The position numbers and the translations under genes are program-made. A stretch of 64,000 nt of DNA from a virus (taxonomy: Duplodnaviria > Caudoviricetes). The stretch's first letter is position 1, and each line of letters opens with the position of its first letter. The notes under the pieces were generated by a model. It ran no database searches, had not been told where the DNA came from, and saw only the letters and a program-made list of their open reading frames with translations. The DNA is taken from IMG/VR virus record IMGVR_UViG_3300002839_000006, positions 1 to 64,000 of that record; one strand, written 5' to 3'. This document shows, piece after piece, positions 1 through 9,620 of the stretch.

Positions 1-414
1 GACTTTGAATGTACCACCAGCCGCTCCACCTCCAGTAGGAATGAATGATAATAAAGCAGGGGTTGTAGTGGCGGGTTTAACTATGAATATTTCGGATACA
101 CCATTATTGTTGCCATCGGGATTAAACAATCCTTCAGCGGCTTTATACCACCAACCAGCACCAACAAAGTCTCTAAATGCTTGAATATCTTTTACTGAGT
201 AAACTGCATTCTTACCTGAAACAAGCGTACCAGCAATACCAGCACCGCCTAACATGCCATTATTTGCAAGAGACGCATTAAGGTTTTGATTATCTATAAT
301 CAATAACTTACCATAATCTAAATCTCTAGGAGGATTATTCTGTCCTGCTACTATTCTAGAGTAGGTGCCTGGAAGTTGAACTATTTTATTGCCGAAGCGA
401 ACTTTTGTTGACAT
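1..414 (-). CDS. Contractile tail sheath protein, N-terminal part (continues off the left edge)
   Basis: Not in ORF track. Manual translation from ATG at 414: MSTKVRFGNKIVQLPGTYSRIVAGQ..., which has the FG..x..PGxYS start typical of SPO1/Twort-like sheath proteins. Lies directly after the neck genes. Confidence 0.8.
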   Translation of the reverse strand, partial: MSTKVRFGNKIVQLPGTYSRIVAGQNNPPRDLDYGKLLIIDNQNLNASLANNGMLGGAGIAGTLVSGKNAVYSVKDIQAFRDFVGAGWWYKAAEGLFNPDGNNNGVSEIFIVKPATTTPALLSFIPTGGGAAGGTFKV

Positions 415-455
415 CTATGTGAGTGTATATCTATTCAACGAAATAATATTGTTTA

Positions 456-470
456 TAAAATTAAATAAAA
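456..470 (-). promoter_or_regulatory. Recurrent promoter-like motif (TTTTATTTAATTTTA) upstream of tail sheath
   Basis: One of about 18 intergenic copies, all oriented with the downstream gene. Confidence 0.6.
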
Positions 471-490
471 ATTTTGTAAAACAAAAATTC

Positions 491-670
491 TTATAATAAT
501 TTATCTGCAGTCAATATCTGTTCCCAATCTGACTCAATCATTACTGAATTTTGATACTTCTTTTCTGCCACCCTTCTATTCCTTCCATTTAACTGAAAAT
601 GATTGCAGGCTTGAAATACATTTAATGTTTCTGTAGAATCTTCTTCTATTTTAATCTTCTTCTTCATCAT
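491..670 (-). CDS. Small hypothetical protein (59 aa) before tail sheath
   Basis: Manual ORF MMKKIKIEEDSTETLNVFQACNHF...DKLL*, overlapping the end of 651..857. Confidence 0.55.
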   Translation of the reverse strand: MMKKKIKIEEDSTETLNVFQACNHFQLNGRNRRVAEKKYQNSVMIESDWEQILTADKLL

Positions 671-857
671 TTATTAAATTTAGATCTTGAATAAATTTGC
701 GCAGATGTGTTGCCTGATGTTCTAATAACAATTTCTTATGTAACAATTCAATATTAATAAACTCTTCACTTTCAAATCGTTTATGATAGACTTCAATACT
801 TTTTTCAGTAGCGAGCAATCTGTGCTTATAACAATTCTTTAGTTCTAATAGTTTCAT
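651..857 (-). CDS. Hypothetical protein
   Basis: ORF translationally coupled to 857..1798. Confidence 0.6.
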   Translation of the reverse strand: MKLLELKNCYKHRLLATEKSIEVYHKRFESEEFINIELLHKKLLLEHQATHLRKFIQDLNLINDEEED

Positions 858-1798
858 TACGTCAATGATGTTAAAGTTATTGTATTCGAAACATCCTCTC
901 TATCTGCTAAATATTCTAATGAACTCGTCACTTGACAATGTACTTCAATAGTCTCTACTGTTGAAAAATGATATGATAGAGTACCACCTGTTTGCCCAGA
1001 TATAACATTTATGCCCTTATACCAATTGTAAACTGGACTTTCTCCACTATTAATAGGCGTTGCTGTGAATACAACTGTATTGCCAATATGAGGTGTTAAA
1101 TTATTAACTGCTATTGAAACTGATACTTCTAACAATGCAGGTTCTTGATCATCTCCATAAAACTCTGGAATGAAGTCTATATCAGTAGCTACTGTTGGTT
1201 GTATAAGTGATCTAACTATTTTCTTACACTGTAGTGATATCCCTATTGCTCTGAAGAATATAGGTAGTGGTATGAGTTCTTGGTTAGCCATTAACTGCTT
1301 ACCTGAGAACTTGAATATATCAAAGTAATATGTCAATGTGTCTGCTCCTGCTATTAACAGTGCATCTATGAACTCATATAACATAACTACTTCAAGCGAG
1401 TTACCTGCAGTGATTATAAGCTCATATTGACCTATGAATGATCTTGAGAATTGATTTACTGTATTACCATTTTCATCTTCTCCAGTTTGGTAGCCTGTTC
1501 CTACTGTATTGTCACCTGACTGTCCATCTTCTGAAGGATAGTGAATATGAAATGTAGGTAAGTTAGCTCTTTCTTTATCAAACATTAACCTTACTTCCAA
1601 CTTCCTTCTATCTGTATCATCTTTTTCAATCAATGACTTTAAATCGGTATAGAAGTTTCTACCATCTATTTCTACTCCATGAAATTCCAAATACAACCAA
1701 CTCAAAGTAGGAGTTGATGTATGTGCTATAAGATCTGCTCTTACCCATTCTAATAGGTCTCCTACAACTTTCTTTAACTTAACTATAGATACTTCCAT
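857..1798 (-). CDS. Neck/tail-terminator-like virion protein with C-terminal Ig/PKD-like domain
   Basis: Position just upstream of the sheath. C-terminal VVFTATPINSGESPVYNWYKG...HCQVTS is an Ig-like pattern. Confidence 0.55.
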   Translation of the reverse strand: MEVSIVKLKKVVGDLLEWVRADLIAHTSTPTLSWLYLEFHGVEIDGRNFYTDLKSLIEKDDTDRRKLEVRLMFDKERANLPTFHIHYPSEDGQSGDNTVGTGYQTGEDENGNTVNQFSRSFIGQYELIITAGNSLEVVMLYEFIDALLIAGADTLTYYFDIFKFSGKQLMANQELIPLPIFFRAIGISLQCKKIVRSLIQPTVATDIDFIPEFYGDDQEPALLEVSVSIAVNNLTPHIGNTVVFTATPINSGESPVYNWYKGINVISGQTGGTLSYHFSTVETIEVHCQVTSSLEYLADREDVSNTITLTSLT

Positions 1799-1799
1799 C

Positions 1800-2561
1800 T
1801 TATCCTAATTTAACGTCTAACCAATCCTGAACGGCATTATCTACAGTTAGATCAAGTTGTGCTTCTGCTAATGCTTTATCCATAAAATTATGTGCTTCTA
1901 TTCCTGGGTGGAACCATGATTGATCATCAGATTTGTCTGATACCCTTCTGAATGTGAAATATCCACCCCTCTTTTCTTTTTCAGTAGAACTTATATCCCT
2001 ACGATGCATTCCTTCATAAATAGGAGATTTATGTTTATAGGTAATAAGTGATCCACCATTCAGTTCTATTCTATTTGTATTGACTTCATTAAATCCTACT
2101 GGTAAATCGGCTTGCCCAAGTGTCTCTCCTGCTTTCATTAAGTCTAATACCGATATCTTATAATCTGGTACCATCTCTGACATTATAGCATCTGATGTTC
2201 CGTGTCTGAATGGTATAGTTAGATACCAACCTTTACCATCACTCTTTATTACTCTCTTACTGCTATTAGAAAATCCATCCTTTTCGTCGAAACTTGATGC
2301 CCCAGATTCAACCATCATAGCAAGTTTACTATCTCTTCCAGTTAATCCTATTATAGCAGTATGATCGTCAGGGCGTTCTGAATACATCCCCCTTTTGTAT
2401 TCATCTCTTGAAGTATTAAGGGTATTAACTAATTCAGTCCACTTAGCAAAATATTCGTCGCAAACACGATCAAGGATGTAAGAACACAGATCAGAAGTCT
2501 CACTTGGTTGTAGTGAGAACTCCTTTACCGTATCGGATAAATCTATTGAAAAGTTGAGCAC
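1800..2561 (-). CDS. Neck/tail-completion virion protein
   Basis: Synteny; YLTIPFRHGT, YFTFRRVSDKS and WFHPG motifs recalled from SPO1/Twort-like neck proteins. Confidence 0.6.
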   Translation of the reverse strand: MLNFSIDLSDTVKEFSLQPSETSDLCSYILDRVCDEYFAKWTELVNTLNTSRDEYKRGMYSERPDDHTAIIGLTGRDSKLAMMVESGASSFDEKDGFSNSSKRVIKSDGKGWYLTIPFRHGTSDAIMSEMVPDYKISVLDLMKAGETLGQADLPVGFNEVNTNRIELNGGSLITYKHKSPIYEGMHRRDISSTEKEKRGGYFTFRRVSDKSDDQSWFHPGIEAHNFMDKALAEAQLDLTVDNAVQDWLDVKLG

Positions 2562-2577
2562 TGGATATATTTATAAA

Positions 2578-3576
2578 TTATTTATGCATAAATTTTCTAA
2601 TATAATCTCTTCCTTTTTGATCAATATTTGAAGAATTATCATGAAGATCTTGTAATTCATTTAAATCTTTATCTTTTCCTTTAGCTCTCATAATGATTTC
2701 TCTTTCTTTACCAGTTAGAGAATAATCATCAAAAAATGTATGATCAAATTTCTCTTCACTCTTATTCTCTGTATTCTTGGACTCTTCAACTTTATTTAAT
2801 CTATGAAAAATGCTTTCAAGTTCATTCTCTTCTTTCTTATCGCCCGTCCTTTTCTTTTCTGCTTTAATATTACCCTCTAAGTCAACAAAAAATTTATTTT
2901 TCTTATAGTTCAAAACTGAACCATCTGATCGATGTTTTGTTGACAATGGATTTCCGTATTCTTTTAATAAAGAAGCTATTGCAAGATTAACTAATTTATC
3001 ACTCTCATCTGATTTATTCTCGCCAACGCCCTTCTCCTTCTTATAATCAGCTTCAGTGTAGTAGTACTTGTATCCACCACCTGCTACTGGCTCTCTCTTA
3101 AAATATTTATGGTTGATTGACTTCTCAAACTTATCCAGTTCTTCTTCACCGAGATATTTACCGAATACATGTAGTGACTTCTCTATGTTCTCCATGTCTG
3201 GTTCGAACTCATCAAACGCTGATTTTTGAATAGAATCACCTCTTCGGATATGACCCTCTGCATTTTCTCTATGCATTTTAATACTCTCTTGTAATTGCTT
3301 TCTTTTTACAGGGTCGTGAGTATTCTCCAATTTGTCTTCTGCAGATCTATGTTCAAAACTATGTGCTTCAGCAGCATCTTTATGGTCTTCCTTACTATAA
3401 GTTTCATATGGCATATTATGAGACTTGGCATAAATAGGTTGACCACTCTTAGTTCTACCAATAATTTTACCCCCTCTACTGCCTTCTCCACCTTTTTCAA
3501 TTTCTGGCAGTGTAGCCTTGATGATATTAATTTTATCTCTTATTTGTTCTTCTCGTATCTTCTGTTGGAAGTCCAT
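2578..3576 (-). CDS. Putative internal head (cargo) protein, charged and modular
   Basis: IIKA, IEKG, IQKS, IEKS and FEKS motifs; GGEGSRGGKIIGRTKSGQPIY and KSINHKYFKRE..YKYYY modules; own promoter motif. Confidence 0.5.
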   Translation of the reverse strand: MDFQQKIREEQIRDKINIIKATLPEIEKGGEGSRGGKIIGRTKSGQPIYAKSHNMPYETYSKEDHKDAAEAHSFEHRSAEDKLENTHDPVKRKQLQESIKMHRENAEGHIRRGDSIQKSAFDEFEPDMENIEKSLHVFGKYLGEEELDKFEKSINHKYFKREPVAGGGYKYYYTEADYKKEKGVGENKSDESDKLVNLAIASLLKEYGNPLSTKHRSDGSVLNYKKNKFFVDLEGNIKAEKKRTGDKKEENELESIFHRLNKVEESKNTENKSEEKFDHTFFDDYSLTGKEREIIMRAKGKDKDLNELQDLHDNSSNIDQKGRDYIRKFMHK

Positions 3577-3592
3577 GGCTTTAAATTTTTGT

Positions 3593-3607
3593 TAAAATTA
3601 ATATTAA
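3593..3607 (-). promoter_or_regulatory. Recurrent promoter-like motif
   Basis: TTAATATTAATTTTA on the coding strand with TTATAAATAA upstream. Confidence 0.6.
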
Positions 3608-3652
3608 AACTGATACGAAATATTTTTATTTATTATTTATAAAGAATATAAA

Positions 3653-4444
3653 TTATAAATAGGAGTTATTAAGAATGTTAGTTCCTTCATAATTTGTAGC
3701 ACTTCCGAGTTCATATTGAGCTTTACGAGCTATAGCATGTACAGGCATTTCTTCTGTTGTTTTTTTACCAGCATTAGAATATTCTTGCGTGATTCTCAGG
3801 TCATTAGGGATGTCTATGACATGGTACGTCGTAAGATGTTTATAGGAGACTGATACCTTACCATTAAAATCGTTTGGTAAATTATCTGCTTTAATGTCTA
3901 AAACATAACCATTAGTCATGTTAATCCTATAATCGGATGCAGCTAACTTGATCAAAACATTAGTATCACCATTGAATATAAATACTGATCTTATTTCAAT
4001 CATTTTATAGGTGGAGAAAGTGAACTTGGGATATATGTCACTATCACTATCTCTCACTTTCAATACTTCACTCATCATCCCAAAATTCTTGAGTAAAGTT
4101 ATCTTATCCATAAATGACACCCTATTGACATTCATAAATGTCGTTCCCATAGTACCTATCATCTCTGGAGACCAGTCCTTATACTTCGTATTCTTATTGA
4201 TAGAGGTCAATATTGCTTTAGTATTAATAGGGTTGACAAATACCCAGCCTGTTCCCATGCAGTTACCACAAGTTGTTCTGCTATCTGAACTCTGACCCTT
4301 ACAAGGACATGCAACAGCTTCTTCTAATGAGATTTCGTATCCCCTATTCCACAGCAATTGGTTGAAGTCTCCTCTGTCAAATATATTGATCTGAGGTTCT
4401 CCAACCATGTTAGGTGGCACTTGTGTCCTGATACTTCCGCTCAT
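3653..4444 (-). CDS. Head-closure/neck protein
   Basis: ACPC...TCGNCMGTGW motif; second gene of the neck block after the capsid gene. Confidence 0.6.
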   Translation of the reverse strand: MSGSIRTQVPPNMVGEPQINIFDRGDFNQLLWNRGYEISLEEAVACPCKGQSSDSRTTCGNCMGTGWVFVNPINTKAILTSINKNTKYKDWSPEMIGTMGTTFMNVNRVSFMDKITLLKNFGMMSEVLKVRDSDSDIYPKFTFSTYKMIEIRSVFIFNGDTNVLIKLAASDYRINMTNGYVLDIKADNLPNDFNGKVSVSYKHLTTYHVIDIPNDLRITQEYSNAGKKTTEEMPVHAIARKAQYELGSATNYEGTNILNNSYL

Positions 4445-5244
4445 TATAGTGAGGATATATTTATTGACTTATAGAATAGTCTCAGTTTCTTAAGACATTC
4501 ATTGATCTCTTCTGTATACTGTTTTATACGTCCTGAGTAACCACCTGACCCAGATGACATATTTGTATTGATGGATTGTGATAAACCATCTATACCTAAC
4601 GACATTGAATTTACCCCTGGACTACCTAAAATGATATCACCCAACATGGCAAATATTGGTATAGAAGCTAACTTCCCTACTACGTTTACTAAGTCCAGTG
4701 GCACATCATCATAGTTGTAACCTGTCACATATTGTATGCTGAAGTAGTTTGGCACCTGACCATAACTAGTAAGACCTAAATAGGCAGTGATACCTGTTAA
4801 TATTATGTCAGCATTTGCCCTGCTTGTTGTAGAACCTGTAGGTATGAGGTGTATCTTCTTATAGTAGTTACCCTCGTTGTCTTTCTTTGTATTAAGCCAA
4901 TCTAAGGGGTACTTTATCTGTTCTATACCATTTAGGTAACCGATGAAAGAAAGTGGCTTAGCAACAGGCAATTTAGTGGGTAAGATAGGGAATCCACCCC
5001 AATAGTCATCCTTGAAATAGGTGACTGTCTGTTCTATGTACTTCTTGTTGAACCTGATCTCAAGGTACTTCTCAATCTCTTGCTGTGCTGCCAAGATATA
5101 CATACGCATAGAGTCGTTAGATATCTCTGAGCCATCTCTTGACTTGGTACTTATACCGTAAAAATAAAGGCTTGTTAGTTCCTCTGGTGAAATAACAAGC
5201 CCTTCATTCTTTCGATACCTAACCTGATATGTTATGGTTGGCAT
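4444..5244 (-). CDS. Head-tail adaptor (connector) protein
   Basis: YILAAQQEIEKYL, IQYVTGY..VPLDL and SMSLGIDGLSQS motifs are typical of adaptors; synteny. Confidence 0.7.
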   Translation of the reverse strand: MPTITYQVRYRKNEGLVISPEELTSLYFYGISTKSRDGSEISNDSMRMYILAAQQEIEKYLEIRFNKKYIEQTVTYFKDDYWGGFPILPTKLPVAKPLSFIGYLNGIEQIKYPLDWLNTKKDNEGNYYKKIHLIPTGSTTSRANADIILTGITAYLGLTSYGQVPNYFSIQYVTGYNYDDVPLDLVNVVGKLASIPIFAMLGDIILGSPGVNSMSLGIDGLSQSINTNMSSGSGGYSGRIKQYTEEINECLKKLRLFYKSINISSL

Positions 5245-5250
5245 GTTTTC

Positions 5251-5793
5251 TTATTCTTTAATTCTTGATTCGTCGAGTATAACGTTGATGATTTCGGCTT
5301 TGTTAGTAAGATTTTTGTATCTTTCTTCTGGAATTTCCAGTCTTATGCAGAACTCAACCAGTTCCTTCTGAGTTTTGCTGGTTAAACCAACTTTCAATTC
5401 GAGTTCTTTAATGATTTTATCACTCTGGATTTTGTAACCCTCTAACTCAGCTTCTGCCTTCTCAGATTTGTCTTTATATAAGTTTACTTGTTCTTTCCAC
5501 TCTTTCACTTCATTCTCCAATGAACTGATAACTGATTCTCTAGATTCAACTTTCTCAAGTGCTCTTTCTAAATCAGCCTGTATTTGGGTATTATTTACAT
5601 CAACTGCTTTATTACCCTTTTTCATTGTTACTTCACCCTGAAATAACCAACCTGCATAATTTGTAGTTAATTGGTCTGCAATCTTCTGGTCTGCGACTTC
5701 TGCATTACCTAACTTATCAAACTTCAATGTTAAACTTCCGAAAATAACTTCATGCCCGAAATTACTTGAAACTGCTGTGCTAATCTTAATCAT
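5251..5793 (-). CDS. Hypothetical protein with coiled coil and small C-terminal helical (HeH/Rho-N-like) domain
   Basis: Heptad-rich middle; C-terminal KTQKELVEFC..L.I...NKAEIINVIL. Confidence 0.5.
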   Translation of the reverse strand: MIKISTAVSSNFGHEVIFGSLTLKFDKLGNAEVADQKIADQLTTNYAGWLFQGEVTMKKGNKAVDVNNTQIQADLERALEKVESRESVISSLENEVKEWKEQVNLYKDKSEKAEAELEGYKIQSDKIIKELELKVGLTSKTQKELVEFCIRLEIPEERYKNLTNKAEIINVILDESRIKE

Positions 5794-5822
5794 ATAACAA
5801 AATTAAAAATGTGAATAAAAAG

Positions 5823-5852
5823 AAAAACGGAAGGAGATCTACCCCTCCCGTC
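5823..5852 (-). terminator. Intrinsic terminator after major capsid gene
   Basis: ACGGGAGGGG-TAGAT-CTCCTTCCGT followed by a T run on the minus strand. Confidence 0.8.
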
Positions 5853-5877
5853 ATTTCTTCGTTGATACGTCTATTGT

Positions 5878-7368
5878 TTAAGCAGTGATATCTCGTCCAA
5901 TATTATGGATGATGGCGATCTTACCTGGCATATATAAAACTGGAGTACCATAATTAACTACGGCAAACCTACGAGCCAAAGTAGTGATAGCAAAGTCGAT
6001 TTTCATCGTGGCAGCTAACTGGATATATTCCCACATATCTGAATTAGGATCTAAAACAAGTGCTGAATGTGTGTTACCAATTACTCGGTTACGATCACGT
6101 ACACCATACTGAGCAGCACCATCATAACCTGAAGCAGCAGCTAATTGTGTTACTGATACTTCAAACAATGGATAATACTTAGCAGTTGTATATACAGCGA
6201 CGTTCTTCTCAGTACGATAAACAGTAAAGGAAGTAGCAGCATAAGTACCAACACCTGCAACAAATACTAAGTCAACAGATTCAGTAGCTGCGATAGCCTT
6301 GATAGTAGTGTTCATTGCACACATTGCTGATTCACCATACTGATTACGAGCAGTTACTCCATAGAAGTATCCACCTGCAGCATCAGTAAATTTGGTTGAA
6401 GTATCAGCAGAAGCGATAGTCAAACTGGTGTTATTCACAGCAGTAGGAACGGCAGGAGCCTTAGCTGAAACAGCTGCAGCATTGTATGCCTTAGGAGTTC
6501 TGCGATCGAAGAAGATATCATTGACAACATCAATTTTCCCAAACTGAGTCATGATATCATTAACCTTCTGACCCATAGTAGCTCCTTCAGTAGCTGAACT
6601 AGGTGCACCAACCATTACACGTTTGCTTTCATGGAAACGTTTTACATAGTCATTGAAAACAACAGGGTTGGAGATGATTTTGGTTGCTTCACCAAAACGA
6701 TCATTAACAACTGCCTGTACTGCATCTTCTACATGAGAATCTTTCAATGCTTTACCACGAGCATCAATGAAAGTAGGGTCGTTAGCATAAGTATCCAAAC
6801 CTGTTCCAGCAGTGATGTCAAGGACACCTGCATAATGTTGTTTGAAAATACCATCAAATTCCTGAGGAACCATAGCATTGTCAGAACCTGAAAGTTTCTG
6901 ATCCAACTGGGTTAAGAGTTTCAAGGTCTTATTTTCAACCTCACGAGTGTACGGATCTTTACCGTCAGCCTGGCGAACAAGCATTGACTGTTGTGTCAGT
7001 TCACCTTGGATACCAGCATACTTTACAAGAGCAGCCTTACGTCTGTAAACAGAGTCAGTTTGTTCTGGAGATTCACCTTCATTCATGAAGATTCCTACAT
7101 CAGCACCATAACTGGTTAATTGGTTATACTCATGTACTGTATTGTAAACACTCTTTTTAGGAAGTAATTTCCAAAGTACAATATGGTTTTCTTTATTTTC
7201 CAACACCTTTACAACTGGGTCAAGTGACTCAGGTTTCAGGGAAGGTCCAGACGATAGCGTATCTGTTAGATCGCGACCTGTCTGACTACCAGCAACGATT
7301 GCTTTGATAATATCCTCATCGGAGTAATTCTCAGCATTCTTGCCTAATGAATCATGAATGTCAAACAT
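5878..7368 (-). CDS. Major capsid protein (SPO1/Twort-like)
   Basis: SLKPESLD, VHEYNQLTSYG, EGESP and YGTPVLYMPGK motifs; N-terminal IIK|A at the position of the ALK|S processing site known for Listeria phage A511 Cps; follows protease and scaffold. Confidence 0.9.
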   Translation of the reverse strand: MFDIHDSLGKNAENYSDEDIIKAIVAGSQTGRDLTDTLSSGPSLKPESLDPVVKVLENKENHIVLWKLLPKKSVYNTVHEYNQLTSYGADVGIFMNEGESPEQTDSVYRRKAALVKYAGIQGELTQQSMLVRQADGKDPYTREVENKTLKLLTQLDQKLSGSDNAMVPQEFDGIFKQHYAGVLDITAGTGLDTYANDPTFIDARGKALKDSHVEDAVQAVVNDRFGEATKIISNPVVFNDYVKRFHESKRVMVGAPSSATEGATMGQKVNDIMTQFGKIDVVNDIFFDRRTPKAYNAAAVSAKAPAVPTAVNNTSLTIASADTSTKFTDAAGGYFYGVTARNQYGESAMCAMNTTIKAIAATESVDLVFVAGVGTYAATSFTVYRTEKNVAVYTTAKYYPLFEVSVTQLAAASGYDGAAQYGVRDRNRVIGNTHSALVLDPNSDMWEYIQLAATMKIDFAITTLARRFAVVNYGTPVLYMPGKIAIIHNIGRDITA

Positions 7369-7404
7369 ATTATTATATTTAATTATCTAACGAAATACTA
7401 AAAA

Positions 7405-8262
7405 TTACTGCTCCAGAGTAATATTTTTTCTATGTGCTAAAAGAGCAAGTGCCTTGTAGCCGTGTCCAGTAGGACGTGTATTAACTGTATAGTCTAAAAT
7501 ACCGTTTTCGATTACTTGTCTAACGTCGGCATCTTTCTCTTTATTGAGCATGTCTTCCATACCCTTTAAAATTTCATCTTTGTTACCAGAAATAGAGAGT
7601 GTTTTGTTCTCAGCATTCTCTACGTCTTCTTCATTACTCAAACTCTTTTCAAAGAAAGTAGCCTTAGTAATAACTGATTTTGTTCCCATAGGAGTGTCAC
7701 CTATCTTCTTGATCTCAGACTGTAGGCTCTTTATGATCTCGTTCTGTTCATCAAACTTATCTTCGAACTTCTCAGTGAGTGACTTTTCAATGTCCATGAA
7801 ACGTTCACCAAAGGCTTTCTCAATGTCAATGTCTACTGATTTATGAATTTCTTCTTCCTTTTTCTCTTCTGGTTTCTTCTTACCCATCTTCAGTTCCATC
7901 TCATCAATTGATTTCTCAATCTCAGCTTTCTTGGACTTCATCTCAGTAAGACATTTTTCTAAGTCTTCTTCTTTATCTTCACTCTTGACTATAGGTTTTT
8001 CTTCACCTTCTTTTTTCTCTTCAGCTTGTTCTGCAGGAGTCTCTTTTGCTTCATCAGCAGAAGTTTCATTTGCTTCGCCAGTCTTTTCAGCTTTCTCTCC
8101 CATGGTTTGTTCTGAACTAGACTCTTTCTCTTCTTTCTTTTCGACCTTCATAGCCTTTTCGATATAGGAGTTGACTTCTGTTTCTTCCATGCCAAGATCA
8201 GTCAATGACTTTCTAAGTTCATCAACTTCCTCTACAGACATTATATTAATTTGATTTTCCAT
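7405..8262 (-). CDS. Capsid scaffolding protein
   Basis: Glu/Lys-rich protein between protease and MCP, with about 10 [IF]xK[SAG] motifs. Confidence 0.75.
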   Translation of the reverse strand: MENQINIMSVEEVDELRKSLTDLGMEETEVNSYIEKAMKVEKKEEKESSSEQTMGEKAEKTGEANETSADEAKETPAEQAEEKKEGEEKPIVKSEDKEEDLEKCLTEMKSKKAEIEKSIDEMELKMGKKKPEEKKEEEIHKSVDIDIEKAFGERFMDIEKSLTEKFEDKFDEQNEIIKSLQSEIKKIGDTPMGTKSVITKATFFEKSLSNEEDVENAENKTLSISGNKDEILKGMEDMLNKEKDADVRQVIENGILDYTVNTRPTGHGYKALALLAHRKNITLEQ

Positions 8263-8310
8263 TCTTGTGTCGTTTCTATGTTCAGAATACTAAACTAACT
8301 ATTAAGTTTA

Positions 8311-8326
8311 TAAAATTAAAATATAA
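8311..8326 (-). promoter_or_regulatory. Recurrent promoter-like motif upstream of scaffold/MCP
   Basis: TAATTTTA core with TATATTT extension. Confidence 0.6.
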
Positions 8327-8345
8327 TTTTGAATAAATAAAATAT

Positions 8346-9170
8346 TTACAAAGAATTTTTAACTAATTTAATGACTTTATTTTTAAAATCACTGTCTCCA
8401 TCAAATAAACTCTTATGTTTCAATATATTATCTAATGCCTTTTTAATGTCAGGTAGGCTAATATTTTTTGGTTTCTTATCTAAACTTTCAGGTGTGAGTG
8501 GTTTTACTGCAGCTACATCCATAGATTTAGTTAATACCTCAAATACTTTATAGTCTTTACCTACCCTATACTTCTTACCTTTGTTCTCAAACTCCATAAT
8601 ATATTCTTTCTCATCTGAATCCTGATCGTAGGTAGGATCTATATAATCTTCCTTCTGAAGACCTTTAGCTATATCCGCATAAGAATTTCCGTTAACCGGG
8701 GAAAATGTTATGGCACAGTTAGTTATAAGTGCCCTGGTGATATGTTTTGGATTAGTAGTAGAACGATTCAGTGCTTTTCCTTCGATGCTCCAACCGACTT
8801 TTCTATCAGATCCAGACTCTTTCATCTCAATAATCTTATCCCAAGTGTCTCTTGCTATTTCACTGTTCTCCCATAGTTGTGCTTTTATATGGAATTCATT
8901 ATTTTTAATCTCAGCTTTAACAGGAGAGCCAATCCAGTATTTTGGGCTCCTTTTAGACAAATGTTCGTAATTTATCAGTCCATTTTTCAAAAAGTGGTCA
9001 ATCTCATATCCGTTAGGTTCTAATACTTCACCTTCTATATCTTGTGAATTATCAGAAGCCATCCCTTCAAGAAACATATTTTTATATCTATCTGATTTTG
9101 GTAATTTAGATGCTTTCTCTAATAATTCATCATTAATAGGGACAAAGAAATTAAATTTATTATCTTCCAT
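8346..9170 (-). CDS. Prohead (maturation) protease, HK97/U35-like
   Basis: LEGMASDNSQDIEGE, INYEH (His), GWSIEG (Ser) and ITFSPVN motifs. Confidence 0.88.
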   Translation of the reverse strand: MEDNKFNFFVPINDELLEKASKLPKSDRYKNMFLEGMASDNSQDIEGEVLEPNGYEIDHFLKNGLINYEHLSKRSPKYWIGSPVKAEIKNNEFHIKAQLWENSEIARDTWDKIIEMKESGSDRKVGWSIEGKALNRSTTNPKHITRALITNCAITFSPVNGNSYADIAKGLQKEDYIDPTYDQDSDEKEYIMEFENKGKKYRVGKDYKVFEVLTKSMDVAAVKPLTPESLDKKPKNISLPDIKKALDNILKHKSLFDGDSDFKNKVIKLVKNSL

Positions 9171-9182
9171 TTTATTTATCTA

Positions 9183-9620
9183 TTATTCACTAACGATGTT
9201 CTTCTCTAGTTTTGTATAGTACTTACTATCTTCCATCAGATGATCTTTTGTTATCTCACTTCTCTCTTCTTCATCACTCGTATGTTCTTTCTCTTCTTCC
9301 ATACCCATCTTGTACTGCTCCTGGAGTGCACTTACCTCTATGTTGTGATGTGCAGCTATATCTTCTAATGTCTTACCATCAGCTCTGCCACCGATCAACT
9401 TTTCTTTTTGTGCTTTCTGTATCTCATATCTCTCTTTTGCTGCATTGTATATCTCATCACTGATCTGATCCATTATATAGAGGTCAGATATGTGAGAGAA
9501 GGCTTTTTCTATGTCTTTTTCTTCGACAACTTCTGTCTTTGGATCGTCACTCTTTGTACTAAATCTTTTAAAGAACCCATCCAGTTCAAGAACTTGTTTT
9601 GTGTCTATCTTAGTTTTCAT
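9183..9620 (-). CDS. DUF5661-like protein, probable internal head protein
   Basis: MGMEEEKEHT...ITKDHLMEDSKYYTKL motif; IEKA and IQKA motifs. Confidence 0.6.
   Translation of the reverse strand: MKTKIDTKQVLELDGFFKRFSTKSDDPKTEVVEEKDIEKAFSHISDLYIMDQISDEIYNAAKERYEIQKAQKEKLIGGRADGKTLEDIAAHHNIEVSALQEQYKMGMEEEKEHTSDEEERSEITKDHLMEDSKYYTKLEKNIVSE

Noticed and set aside
7405-8262. DNA tandem repeat in the scaffold gene
   Set aside because: The low complexity reflects Glu/Lys codon runs rather than a discrete nucleotide repeat unit.
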